A DNA stretch of 64,000 bases from Treponemataceae bacterium. GTDB lineage: Bacteria > Spirochaetota > Spirochaetia > Treponematales > Rectinemataceae. The notes beneath the pieces were generated by a model. It saw nothing but the letters and a program-made list of their open reading frames with translations, had not been told where the DNA came from and ran no database searches. A program made the translations under genes and the position numbers. Shown here piece by piece: positions 49,095-58,786 of the stretch (positions are counted from its first letter, which is position 1; the number at the start of each line of letters is the position of its first letter). The stretch covers positions 992,001-1,056,000 of the forward strand of contig CAXXHO010000003.1 of the NCBI GenBank assembly GCA_963667725.2, in the 5' to 3' direction.

Positions 49095-50494
49095 TGAAAG
49101 TGCTGGTCGTGGACGACGAAAAAAACATACGCGACTCGATCCAGAAGCTTTTTGGCCTGGAAGGCATGAGCGTCACGACGGCTTCGGACGGCATAGAGGG
49201 CAAGGAAGCCCTCATAGGCCAGAACTTCGACGCCATAATACTGGATCTACGCATGCCGAGAATGGGCGGCCAGGCTCTCCTGGAGTGGATCGTCTCCGAA
49301 GGAATTCGTTCGCCGGTTATCATGATTTCTGCCCTGGGCGAGATTTCGGATGCCGTGAGGGCTCTCAAGTCGGGCGCGGAGGATTATCTCCTGAAACCCT
49401 TCGACCCGGAAGAACTTATCCGCAAAGTAAGGAACGCGGCGCTCAACAGAAAGCGCGACGACGCGCTGGAGGCCCACTCGAGGACGGCGGGCGCCCCTTC
49501 GAGGCTCATCGGAGAATCGCCTTCGATACGTTCGCTCAGGTCAGTCATCGAGCGGGTGGCGGCGACGGACAGCACCGTCCTCATTACGGGAGAGAGCGGG
49601 ACGGGCAAGGAAGTCGTCGCCAGGGAGATCCACGGCGCTTCTACGGGGGCGGGGGAGCCTTTCGTGGCGGTGAACATCGGCGGCATGCACGCCGAACTCG
49701 TGGAGAGCGAGCTTTTCGGCCACGAAAAGGGGGCTTTCACCGGCGCCGACGCCAGAAAGCCCGGACTCTTCGAACTGGCTGGGGCCGGCACCATTTTCCT
49801 CGACGAGATCGGCGACATGCCCCTCCCGCTTCAGGTAAAGCTGCTGCGGGTGCTTCAGGAGCGCAGGATCAGGAGGCTGGGCGGGACGCGGGACCTTCCC
49901 GTGGCCGCCAGGATACTCTCCGCCACTAACAAGAATATCGACGATCTCGTCGCCGAAGGCCGTTTCCGCGAAGATCTGTATTACCGCCTGAACGTGGTGA
50001 GAATCCGGATTCCCCCATTGAGGGAAAGAAAGGAAGACATTCCCCTTATCGCGCGCCATGTTCTCCAGAAGCTCTGCGACCGCATGGGGAAGGCCCCGAA
50101 AACGCTCGGCGCCGCGGCGATGGAGCGGCTCTCCGCCTACGAATTCCCCGGGAATATCCGGGAGCTGGAGAACGTCCTTGAAAGGGCCATGATCTATTGC
50201 GAGAACAGCCTCATAGAGGTGGCCGACCTGGACTTTGCCCTTCCGAATCAGGATCGTCCCGCGATAGCGAGTCCCCGGTCGGGCGCCTCCGAAACCGCTG
50301 GGATTTCGCGCGGTCAGGTAGAATCCATCGGAAAGGCGGCAGCCACAGAATCGATGGACGACATCGAGCGTGACGCCATCGCTCAGGCGCTTAAGCATTG
50401 CGCGGGCAACCGCAGTAAGGCCGCCGAGATGCTCGGCATAAGCAGGCGGAGCATTCAGTACAAAATCAAACGCTATGGCTTAGGCAGTTCATAA
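49091..50494 (+). CDS. Sigma54-dependent response regulator (AtoC/NtrC family)
   Basis: Receiver DLRMP, GESGTGKE, GAFTGA, Fis HTH. Coupled to the kinase by an ATGA overlap. Confidence 0.95.
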   Translation: MMKVLVVDDEKNIRDSIQKLFGLEGMSVTTASDGIEGKEALIGQNFDAIILDLRMPRMGGQALLEWIVSEGIRSPVIMISALGEISDAVRALKSGAEDYLLKPFDPEELIRKVRNAALNRKRDDALEAHSRTAGAPSRLIGESPSIRSLRSVIERVAATDSTVLITGESGTGKEVVAREIHGASTGAGEPFVAVNIGGMHAELVESELFGHEKGAFTGADARKPGLFELAGAGTIFLDEIGDMPLPLQVKLLRVLQERRIRRLGGTRDLPVAARILSATNKNIDDLVAEGRFREDLYYRLNVVRIRIPPLRERKEDIPLIARHVLQKLCDRMGKAPKTLGAAAMERLSAYEFPGNIRELENVLERAMIYCENSLIEVADLDFALPNQDRPAIASPRSGASETAGISRGQVESIGKAAATESMDDIERDAIAQALKHCAGNRSKAAEMLGISRRSIQYKIKRYGLGSS

Positions 50495-50629
50495 GCTTCG
50501 CCTGATTCCGCGAAAGTCAATATTCACAATGCTCCATCCTCATTTTTGCCGCGTTTTCCCTTGACAGAAAGGGAGCGCCCGTCCCATCATTGGGTCAATC
50601 ACGAATTTTTTTTAAAAAGGGAGGAGTGA

Positions 50630-52315
50630 ATGAAAAAATTGTTAGCAGTCTTCATTTTATTGACCGCTGGCCTATCCATTGCCTTTGCGCAGACGCCTGT
50701 AAATCTCTATGGCCGAGGCGCCCAGGGCAAGAACGGCGTGGTCGCCGCCGCTAAGCCTGAGGCTTCGCAGGTTGGCGTCGATATTCTCAAGAAGGGCGGA
50801 AACGCAGTGGATGCCGCCATCGCCACGGCATTCGCGCTCCATGTCCTGGAACCCAACGCTTCCGGCGTAGGCGGCGGCGGATTCATGATCATCAAGATGG
50901 CCAACATGGACAAGGCCGTCGTCGTAGACTTCCGCGAGTGCGCCCCGGGCGCCTCCACCCCGACGATGTATCTCGGAAAGGACGGCAAGGTCGTTCCCGG
51001 CTCCACCTTCGAGGGCGGACTTTCCGTCGGCGTGCCTGGCGAAGTGAAGGGGCTTCTCTATGCCTTCGATCATTTCGGTTCAGGCAATCTCTCCCGCATG
51101 GATCTCGTGCAGCCGGCCATCGGCTGGGCGCTGAAGGGCGTGCCCGTCACGGTCAACCTCGCCCAGATCATCAATGACAACTACAAGAAGCTCGTGCAGT
51201 ACGAGGAAGGCGCGAAAATCTATCTCAATGAAGGGCTTCCCTATGAAGTAGGCGAGACCTTCACGAACCTGGATTACGCGAACACCCTCGCGAAGATCGG
51301 AATTTATGGCGAAGACGCGATTTACAAGGGAGAAATCGCCGAAGCCATGGTCGCCGAGGTACAGAAACGCGGCGGTATCCTGACCATGGAAGATTTGGCG
51401 AACTATGAAGTGAAGATCCGTGAACCGGTCGTGGGCAGCTATCGCGGCTACAAGATACTCTCCGTGCCTCCCGCTTCTTCTGGCGGAACTCATCTTGTGC
51501 AGATGCTCAACATAATGGAAAATTTCGACGTAGCCAAATCGGTCCAAGGCAGCGCAGCCAACGCCCACCTCTGGGCCGAGACGCTCAAGATGACCTTCGC
51601 CGACCGTTCCAAGTACATGGCCGACACCGATTTCGTCAAGGTTCCGCTGGCGGGCCTCACTTCAAAAGAATACGCGAAAACCCTCGCGGCAAAAATCGAC
51701 GTTAAGAAACCGATGGCATCGGCCACCGCAGGCGATCCCTCGAAGTACGAATCAGGTTCCACCACCAGCCTTTCCGTCATGGACAAGGAAGGCAACATGG
51801 TGAACATCACCAAGACGATCAACTACTTCTTCGGTTCCGGCGTCGTCGTCCCCGGCACGGGCATCATCATGAACGACGAGATGGACGATTTCGTGCCGAC
51901 CCCCGGTTCAGCCAACTCCGTCGAACCCGGAAAGCGCCCCCTCTCCAGTATCAGCCCGACCCTCGTCCTCGATCCCAAGGGCAGATCCTTCATGACGCTC
52001 GGCTCTCCAGGCGCGACACGCATTTTCCCGACGGTAGCCCAGGTCATCTCCAACGTCATCGATTTCGGCATGCCCATACAGGAAGCCATTATCGCCCCCA
52101 GGGTCTTCCAGATGGCCTCAGGCGCCCTCAATCTCGAAGGACGCTATTCTATCAACACCTATGAAGCGCTCAAGAAACAGGGCCATACGGTTACGATCCG
52201 CGGCGATTGGGACGCCTATTTCGGCGGCGTGCACGCCGTTCTTTATGATTACAGCGCGGGCATCCTCTACGGCGGCGCCGATCCCCGGCGCGATGGACAG
52301 GCCGCGGCGTTCTAA
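50630..52315 (+). CDS. ggt: Gamma-glutamyltransferase (exported)
   Basis: Signal peptide, GGNAVDAA, SGVGGGGF, DFRE, autoproteolytic S-TTS, PLSS, GGADPRRDG. Confidence 0.95.
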   Translation: MKKLLAVFILLTAGLSIAFAQTPVNLYGRGAQGKNGVVAAAKPEASQVGVDILKKGGNAVDAAIATAFALHVLEPNASGVGGGGFMIIKMANMDKAVVVDFRECAPGASTPTMYLGKDGKVVPGSTFEGGLSVGVPGEVKGLLYAFDHFGSGNLSRMDLVQPAIGWALKGVPVTVNLAQIINDNYKKLVQYEEGAKIYLNEGLPYEVGETFTNLDYANTLAKIGIYGEDAIYKGEIAEAMVAEVQKRGGILTMEDLANYEVKIREPVVGSYRGYKILSVPPASSGGTHLVQMLNIMENFDVAKSVQGSAANAHLWAETLKMTFADRSKYMADTDFVKVPLAGLTSKEYAKTLAAKIDVKKPMASATAGDPSKYESGSTTSLSVMDKEGNMVNITKTINYFFGSGVVVPGTGIIMNDEMDDFVPTPGSANSVEPGKRPLSSISPTLVLDPKGRSFMTLGSPGATRIFPTVAQVISNVIDFGMPIQEAIIAPRVFQMASGALNLEGRYSINTYEALKKQGHTVTIRGDWDAYFGGVHAVLYDYSAGILYGGADPRRDGQAAAF

Positions 52316-52344
52316 GCCGAATCTTCAGTAACAATGTTTTCTAG

Positions 52345-52372
52345 TGGGTGCCGCTGATATCGGCGGCACCCA
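52345..52372 (+). other. Intercistronic GC-rich hairpin after ggt
   Basis: TGGGTGCCGC...GCGGCACCCA with no U-tract, so more likely a stabiliser or attenuator than a terminator. Confidence 0.5.
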
Positions 52373-52395
52373 TCTTCATAGATAGGGGGAATGGT

Positions 52396-53667
52396 TTGTC
52401 GCAGGAATTCATGATTTTTCTCGTAATGGTTGGCGTATTCATCGTAGGATGTTTCGCGGTGAAATGGCCAGTCTCCATCTCCATGCTCGTGGCATCGGTC
52501 GCCGGCGCGCTCGCGGGGGGGCAGGGGATACCTATCCGCCATCTGGTCGAGGGCAGCTTCGGCTACGTCGATACGATTCTCACCATCGCCACGGCCATGA
52601 TCTTCATGAGCACGTTCAAAGAATCGGGCGGGCTGGAAGGTCTTTCCACCGCCGTAATTAAGCGTTTTCATAAAGTGCCTTCCGTACTGCTTATTCTCTT
52701 GACCTTCGTGGCAATGTTCCCCGGCATGATAACGGGATCGTCCAGCGCCGCTGTCCTGACCGCGGGCGCGGTGATAGCCCCCATCCTGGCTTTGCTCGGC
52801 ATCCCCGGCAGCAATGCCGCGGCTCTTATCGCGATGGCTGGTATATTGGGAATGATAGCTCCGCCCGTCAACCTTCCCGCGATGATCATCGGCGGAGGCA
52901 TCGACATGCCCTATATGGGATTCGAGATTCCCCTGCTTCTGCTCACGGTTCCTCTCGCCGTTTTCTCGGCGCTGTGGTTTGGCTATCGTTACGCGAAAAA
53001 AACCGACATGTCCAAAGTGCTCGCCGCGCTGGATACGACGATGCTTAATAAATATGGCGCCCTGCGACTTTTTTCGCCGGTCATTCTCGTCGTTCTGCTC
53101 ATGGTGACCGATAGGCTTTTGCCAAAATATTCCAATTTCGGCATGCCGCTCATTTTCGCGATCGGAGCCGCCCTTGCCTGCTTCACGGGCAGAAAATTCA
53201 ACATCTTTTCCGCCGCGAAGACCGCGATAGGGCAGGCGCTTCCGGTGCTCGGCATTCTCGTCGGCGTCGGCATGTTCATACAGATCATGACGCTCACGGG
53301 AGTCAGAGGATTCATCGTCGTAAACGCTTTGTCGGTCTCCCCGGCGATGCTCTATATCGCGATAGCGGTAATAATCCCGCTTTTCGGGGCGGTGTCGGCA
53401 TTCGGCGCGGCCAGCGTTCTCGGCGTTCCCTTCCTGCTCGCGCTCCTGCAGAAAGATCAGATCATCACGGCCTCGGCGCTTTCGCTGATCGCGGCATTGG
53501 GCGATTTCATGCCGCCCACGGCGCTGTCGGCCATCTTCGCCGCTCAGGTTGTGGGATTAAAGGGCTACGGCTCTACATTGAAGAAACTGATTTTCCCGGC
53601 GCTTCTCGTTGTCGCATGGGCGCTGATATTCATAATTTTTTCGAAACAGATTCGCGCATTCATATAA
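52396..53667 (+). CDS. DctM-like (TRAP large permease / IT superfamily) transporter
   Basis: About 12 TMs, GMITGSS, GMIAPP, DFMPPT helical hairpins. TTG start after GGGGGA (start uncertain). Confidence 0.8.
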   Translation: MSQEFMIFLVMVGVFIVGCFAVKWPVSISMLVASVAGALAGGQGIPIRHLVEGSFGYVDTILTIATAMIFMSTFKESGGLEGLSTAVIKRFHKVPSVLLILLTFVAMFPGMITGSSSAAVLTAGAVIAPILALLGIPGSNAAALIAMAGILGMIAPPVNLPAMIIGGGIDMPYMGFEIPLLLLTVPLAVFSALWFGYRYAKKTDMSKVLAALDTTMLNKYGALRLFSPVILVVLLMVTDRLLPKYSNFGMPLIFAIGAALACFTGRKFNIFSAAKTAIGQALPVLGILVGVGMFIQIMTLTGVRGFIVVNALSVSPAMLYIAIAVIIPLFGAVSAFGAASVLGVPFLLALLQKDQIITASALSLIAALGDFMPPTALSAIFAAQVVGLKGYGSTLKKLIFPALLVVAWALIFIIFSKQIRAFI

Positions 53668-53679
53668 AAGGAGGCCGCG

Positions 53680-53829
53680 ATGCTGACGACTATTATCTAT
53701 CTTGCGATTCTCGCGGTCGTGCTGGGGCTCACCGTATGGTGTCTCTTGACCTCGAAAAAACCCAGTGAACAGGCTACTGCGGCGATGGTGATCGTGCCTC
53801 TGCTGCTTCGGCTCTTTCTAATAAACTAG
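53680..53829 (+). CDS. 49-aa two-TM membrane microprotein (not in ORF track)
   Basis: AAGGAGG SD, then MLTTIIYLAILAVVLGLTVWCLLTSKKPSEQATAAMVIVPLLLRLFLIN. Fills the gap between permease and deacylase. Confidence 0.75.
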   Translation: MLTTIIYLAILAVVLGLTVWCLLTSKKPSEQATAAMVIVPLLLRLFLIN

Positions 53830-53838
53830 GAATATGGC

Positions 53839-55005
53839 ATGAAAAAACATCAAATTACGGCAGCTATTTTCCTCATGCTCGCTCTCGGCGCCGCGATCGC
53901 GGCAGGCTTTTCTTTCCTCTCGATGCGAAAGGCTGAACCCATCGTAAAGGGTCCCGGCGTCTCGGAAGTTAAAATGCTCTCTGACTGGTTTCCCGGACTG
54001 AAGGGATCAGCGGGTGATACGGAAGTATACATCCTTAAGTCGGCAGCCTCGCCAGATGCGATGACAACGACAAAGACAGAGACGGTACCCGACGCGTCCA
54101 TGCTCATCTTGGGCGGCACTCATCCCAATGAACCTTCCGGCTTCATGGCGGCCGTACTGCTCATTGAAAACGCCCTGCCTTTATCAGGAACATTCTATGT
54201 CATACCAAGAGCTAACGCTTCCGGCTTCACTCACAATGACCCTCAGGAAGGATCGCCCCAGCGTTTCAGTATAAAAACCGCCAACGGATCCCGCACTTTC
54301 CGCTATGGATCACGCGCCACCAATCCGATCCATCAATGGCCAGACCCGGACGTCTATATACATGCTTCCTCGGGGCAAAAGCTGTCAGGAAGCGAAACGC
54401 GCAACCTCAATCGCGGCTATCCAGGCAGGCCGGACGGAACCCTCACCGAAAAGGTATGCTACGGCATAACTGAGATGATCAAGGCTGAAAAAATCGCCAT
54501 CACCGTCGATCTCCACGAGGCCTCGCCTGAGTACCCCGTGAATATGGCCATGGTAGCCCATCCCAAGTCCATGGACCTGGCTTCTTCTACCGTCATCGGT
54601 CTCGAAATGCAGGATATCGCCATAAGTCTCGAGCCTTCGCCCGTGAACCTGCGAGGGCTGACGCATCGCGAGTTAGGCGATTTTACCGATACATTGCCTG
54701 TGTTGATGGAAACGCCCAACGCTTCCCAGGGACGCCTGCGCGGCAAGACCGACGAAGCGCTTGTCCTGACCGGCAAAGACAAGTGGTATGTGCGCGCCCA
54801 GAAACTGGGCCGTCTCTACGTGCCCTACGATGAGAATGGGCATCCTCTGGAGGAACGCGTGGGAAGGCATCTCGCGGGCATTTCGGAACTGGCTTTTTCC
54901 TGGACGATGCTCAATGAAAACCGTCCTCTGGAATTTTCGGGACTGCCCACTTTCGCGGAAATCCAGGAAAAAGGATTGGGAACCTGGCTGAAAGACGTGA
55001 ATTGA
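53839..55005 (+). CDS. Succinylglutamate desuccinylase/aspartoacylase-like (M14) zinc hydrolase with N-terminal anchor
   Basis: GGTHPNE (HxxE), NLNRGYPG, DLHE, later ETP. Hydrophobic N-terminus. Confidence 0.82.
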   Translation: MKKHQITAAIFLMLALGAAIAAGFSFLSMRKAEPIVKGPGVSEVKMLSDWFPGLKGSAGDTEVYILKSAASPDAMTTTKTETVPDASMLILGGTHPNEPSGFMAAVLLIENALPLSGTFYVIPRANASGFTHNDPQEGSPQRFSIKTANGSRTFRYGSRATNPIHQWPDPDVYIHASSGQKLSGSETRNLNRGYPGRPDGTLTEKVCYGITEMIKAEKIAITVDLHEASPEYPVNMAMVAHPKSMDLASSTVIGLEMQDIAISLEPSPVNLRGLTHRELGDFTDTLPVLMETPNASQGRLRGKTDEALVLTGKDKWYVRAQKLGRLYVPYDENGHPLEERVGRHLAGISELAFSWTMLNENRPLEFSGLPTFAEIQEKGLGTWLKDVN

Positions 55006-55016
55006 TCGAGCCGAAA

Positions 55017-55634
55017 CTATTGTTTTTTCGAGAACCGGCCCGCCAGCTCAGCGATCCAAGCGCCCTGCGCCTTCGCCGCTCCAAGCTCGTGTTCGCTCGG
55101 CATTCTGGCGCCGTCGCCGCCGGCTATGGTCGTCGCGCCGAAGACCGAGCCGCCATTGACCTCCGTGGTGTCGAAGAGGGGCGGATACTTGGCGTAGGGC
55201 AGGCCGACGACGACCATGCCGTGGGCGAGGAGCGTGCTATGCACATGATGAATCGTCGTGACGGCGCCGCCGTGCTGGGTCGCGCTCGAACTTATCACGG
55301 ATCCTACTTTGCCCACGAGTCCGCCCCGTCCCCACACTGATCCGGTGGAATCGAAGAAAGCTGCCACCTGGCTCGGCATATTCCCGTAGCGGGTGGGCAC
55401 GCCAAAGATGATGCCGTCGGCCCATTCGAGGTCTTCCGGCGCGACGAGAGCCACGCCCGCAAAGGCTTTTTGAGCCTCGATCGAGTGCGTGATGGAGAGT
55501 ACGTCGGGCGACAACGTCTCGGCAATGCGCAGGAGCTTCACTTCGGCTCCCGCGCTTTTCGCGCCTTCCTCGGCCGCCTTGGACATCTGATACATATGGC
55601 CGTACATCGAATAAAAGACTATCGTGATCTTCAT
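55017..55634 (-). CDS. wrbA: NAD(P)H:quinone oxidoreductase WrbA
   Basis: YSMYGH, GVPTRYG, TQHGG, GATTIAGGDG.R.PS. Confidence 0.92.
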   Translation of the reverse strand: MKITIVFYSMYGHMYQMSKAAEEGAKSAGAEVKLLRIAETLSPDVLSITHSIEAQKAFAGVALVAPEDLEWADGIIFGVPTRYGNMPSQVAAFFDSTGSVWGRGGLVGKVGSVISSSATQHGGAVTTIHHVHSTLLAHGMVVVGLPYAKYPPLFDTTEVNGGSVFGATTIAGGDGARMPSEHELGAAKAQGAWIAELAGRFSKKQ

Positions 55635-55686
55635 GGATCGGCTCCTTAAATCTGCTGGCTGAGATAAATGGCTGTGTTCATCTGAA

Positions 55687-56310
55687 TCAGTTCGAAAGAT
55701 TGGATTCGGCGAAATCCCAGTTTATGAGCTTTTCCAGAACCAGGCCGACATAGTCCGCGCGCCTGTTCTGGTAATCCAGATAGTACGCGTGTTCCCAAAC
55801 ATCGATGGTCAGCAGCGGTTTCAAACCCGATGTCATCGGCGTTTCAGCATTGCCGGTTTTTACAACCTTCAACGTGCCGCCGTCCATTACGAGCCACGCC
55901 CATCCGCTACCGAACTGGCTTGTCGCCGCGGCCAGCAACTCTTTTTTGCAGACGTCCAGGGAACCGAACGAGGCGTCAATTTTTTTCCTCAACGCGGCGG
56001 AAAGTTCGGTGCCGGAGAAGGGCGCGAGACTGTGCCAATAGAAAGCGTGGTTCCATGCCTGGGCCGCATTGTTGAAGATCGCCGCTTTATCCGTCTTCCC
56101 GGCTGTCCGAAGGATGATTTCCTCGAGCGACAACGCCGAAAGTTCCGTTCCAGCGATGAACTTGTTCAGGTTGTCGACATAGGCTTTGTGATGCTTGCCG
56201 TAGTGGAAGCCGATCGTCTCCGCGGAAATTACCGGGGAGAGAGCGCTATCCGCATAAGGCAGAGGCGGAAGAACGATGACGGTCGCTTTTTGAGTCTTGT
56301 CAGTATCCAT
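55687..56310 (-). CDS. sodB: Superoxide dismutase, probably Fe-type
   Basis: [15 protein letters not shown] (AAQ typical of FeSOD), [18 protein letters not shown]. Confidence 0.92.
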   Translation of the reverse strand: MDTDKTQKATVIVLPPLPYADSALSPVISAETIGFHYGKHHKAYVDNLNKFIAGTELSALSLEEIILRTAGKTDKAAIFNNAAQAWNHAFYWHSLAPFSGTELSAALRKKIDASFGSLDVCKKELLAAATSQFGSGWAWLVMDGGTLKVVKTGNAETPMTSGLKPLLTIDVWEHAYYLDYQNRRADYVGLVLEKLINWDFAESNLSN

Positions 56311-56326
56311 ACTTTTTACTCCTTTT

Positions 56327-57151
56327 TCATTTTTTGATAAAAGCCAGAAGATCGGCGTTGAGCTTCGACTGATGCGTATAGGAAAGTCCGTGCGGCGCTC
56401 CGGGATAGATTTTCAGCGTGGCGTCCTTGATGAGCGCGGACGAGCGAAGGGCGGAAGCCTCGATCGGGACTATCTGATCATCGTCCCCATGAATGATCAG
56501 CGTGGGCACATCGATTTTCTCCAGGTCTTCCGTAAAATCGGTTTCGGAGAATGCCGCGATGCAGTCCAGCGTATTCTGATGGCCGGCCTGCATCCCCTGA
56601 AGCCAGAACGAATCTATCATTCCCTGGGACACCTTCGCTCCGGCGCGATTCGCTCCAAAGAAGGGACCCGAGGCGATGTCGCGGTAACATTGGGAGCGGT
56701 CGGCGATGGAATTGGCGCGAATCGAATTGAACGCTTCAATCGGTAGACCTTTCGGGTTGCCTGGCGTTTTCAGCATCAGGGGAGGAACGGCGGCTATAAG
56801 GGCGAGCCTGGATAATCGTTTCGTGCCATGACGGCCGATATAGCGGACGGCTTCGCCGCCGCCGGCTGAAAAGCCGACCAGAGCCAAGTCTTTCAGATCG
56901 AGCGTTTCAATGAGCGTCGAAAGATCGTCGGCATAGGTATCCATGTCATTGCCGATCCAGCTCTGTTCCGAGCGGCCGTGTCCTCTTCGATCGTGCGCTA
57001 CGCAGCGGAATCCATTGGAAGCGAGGAATACCATCTGCGCTTCCCAGCTGTCGGAGTTGAGGGGCCAGCCATGACAGAAAACCACGGGTTGCCCGCTGCC
57101 CCAATCCTTGTAATAAATTTTCGTGCCGTCTTTCATCGCGATAATGCTCAA
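56327..57151 (-). CDS. cpo: Non-heme chloroperoxidase-like alpha/beta hydrolase
   Basis: [27 protein letters not shown] nucleophile, [12 protein letters not shown]. Confidence 0.88.
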   Translation of the reverse strand: MSIIAMKDGTKIYYKDWGSGQPVVFCHGWPLNSDSWEAQMVFLASNGFRCVAHDRRGHGRSEQSWIGNDMDTYADDLSTLIETLDLKDLALVGFSAGGGEAVRYIGRHGTKRLSRLALIAAVPPLMLKTPGNPKGLPIEAFNSIRANSIADRSQCYRDIASGPFFGANRAGAKVSQGMIDSFWLQGMQAGHQNTLDCIAAFSETDFTEDLEKIDVPTLIIHGDDDQIVPIEASALRSSALIKDATLKIYPGAPHGLSYTHQSKLNADLLAFIKK

Positions 57152-57172
57152 GATGGACTCCTTTAAAAATTA

Positions 57173-58648
57173 CTAAACGCGTTTGAAGTTTATAAAGCCG
57201 CGCTCCACATCGGCGCTGATCAGTTGGACTCGCAGCGTTTGCCCCACGTCCAGCCCCTCAAACCCCTGTTCAAGCCTTCCTTCGAGGGGGGGGGCGGTGA
57301 TTCGCACCCACGTGCCCTTATCGGACGCGCCGGTGACGATGGCCTCGAAAAGGTCGCCGATCCTTTTCTCGAGGAGGATCGCCGCCGCCGACTTGATGAG
57401 CTGCCGCTCGACTTTTTGGGCCGCATCCTCGGATTCGGTGCAATGCCGCGCGAGAATCTCGAGTTCTTCGATAGAGTAGGGAAGGGGTAGTCCTTCGATG
57501 GCGGCCTTCAGAAGTCTTTGGGTGATCAGGTCCGGATACCGGCGGTTCGGCGCCGTGGAATGCGCGTAATCCCCCACGGCGAGGCCAAAATGCCCTTCGC
57601 TTGGGCTTCCTGGCGCCTGGACGACATATTCGCCTCTGCCGAGTAGCTTGATGATGCTGAGGGACAAGTCGGGAAAATGAAGAGGGTCGGTCTTTTTCGA
57701 TGCAGCCAGAAAACTTTCCAGCGCTTTAGGATCGGGTTTAAGGGGCAAGGTCGTGCCGCGTTCGGTGGCGATCGCCATTATTCGATCCCATCGCTTGGGC
57801 TTCCGGACGACCCTGCGAATAGCGGGGAAATGTTTGGAGGCAAGAAAACGAACGGTAATGCCGTTCGTGGCTATCATGAATTCTTCTATGATTTCTTTTG
57901 CCCGGTTGCGCGTATCCGGTTCCAGGTTGACGAGGGTATCGCCCATAAAAACGGGCTTTGCCTCGATCGTTTCGAGCATGAGCGCGCCTTGTTCGTGCCG
58001 CAGTTTCTTCATCTTCTGCGCCATGGAATCCTGCAGGCGAAGGCTCTCTTCCATGCCGGCGACGACGCTTATTTCCTGCGGAATGGGACCGCTGCCATCG
58101 AGCCAGGCCGCCACGCTGTTGTAGGAGAGCCGCGCCCGGTTACGTACCTTAGCCCTATAAAGGGAAGAGCGCTGTATAGCGCCTTTTTGGTCGAGCGTCA
58201 TATCAATCACCACGGCGAGACGATCGGCGCTAAAATTAAGCGAAGTTAAATCCGTGGAAAGTTTTTCTGGAAGCATGGGAAAGACTTCGGAAGCCGTATA
58301 GACGGATGTCGTGTTTTGCCGCGCATGAAGATCGATGGCGGATTGTTTTTTAACGATGGCGTCAACATCAGCGATTGCCACCAGGATCCTGGCATCGCCA
58401 TTGTCCGATGATTCGGCGGCTGTAAGCTGGTCGAGGTCACGCGAATCGTCGTTATCGAGGGAGCACCAGAGAAGATTGCGGGCATCGGTTAAAGCCGTGG
58501 CGTCGGTTTCGACCGCCGGTCCCGTGACTTTCTCGAGCTCGGCGAGCGCCGCGCGCGGAAAATCGGGAGCAAGTCCCCGCTCGATCATTACCCTGTGCGC
58601 GATCTCGTCGAGAAAGCCTCGATCCCTATGCTCGTTTGTTTTCATCAT
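57173..58648 (-). CDS. RNB-domain ribonuclease (RNase II/R-like, short form)
   Basis: DNDDSRDLDQ, VAIADV, TSVY..PMLP, IEEFMI, HFGLA..YAHSTAPNRRYPDL, C-terminal S1. No N-terminal cold-shock domains. Confidence 0.88.
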   Translation of the reverse strand: MMKTNEHRDRGFLDEIAHRVMIERGLAPDFPRAALAELEKVTGPAVETDATALTDARNLLWCSLDNDDSRDLDQLTAAESSDNGDARILVAIADVDAIVKKQSAIDLHARQNTTSVYTASEVFPMLPEKLSTDLTSLNFSADRLAVVIDMTLDQKGAIQRSSLYRAKVRNRARLSYNSVAAWLDGSGPIPQEISVVAGMEESLRLQDSMAQKMKKLRHEQGALMLETIEAKPVFMGDTLVNLEPDTRNRAKEIIEEFMIATNGITVRFLASKHFPAIRRVVRKPKRWDRIMAIATERGTTLPLKPDPKALESFLAASKKTDPLHFPDLSLSIIKLLGRGEYVVQAPGSPSEGHFGLAVGDYAHSTAPNRRYPDLITQRLLKAAIEGLPLPYSIEELEILARHCTESEDAAQKVERQLIKSAAAILLEKRIGDLFEAIVTGASDKGTWVRITAPPLEGRLEQGFEGLDVGQTLRVQLISADVERGFINFKRV

Positions 58649-58728
58649 CGTTATCTCACAATAGTAAATAAGGGAAGCGGGAAAGGTCTGTGCGGTATCG
58701 AACATATGTGGCCTCCGCTAAATCTGCA

Positions 58729-58772
58729 TTGACAAGTTTTAGTTCAAGATATATATTGACAAATATGTCAAT
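58729..58772 (+). promoter_or_regulatory. tetR promoter with overlapping palindromic operator
   Basis: TTGACA-N17-TATATT (58729-58757) and ATTGACA-aata-TGTCAAT (58755-58772). Confidence 0.7.
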
Positions 58773-58786
58773 CATAAGGAGAGACC

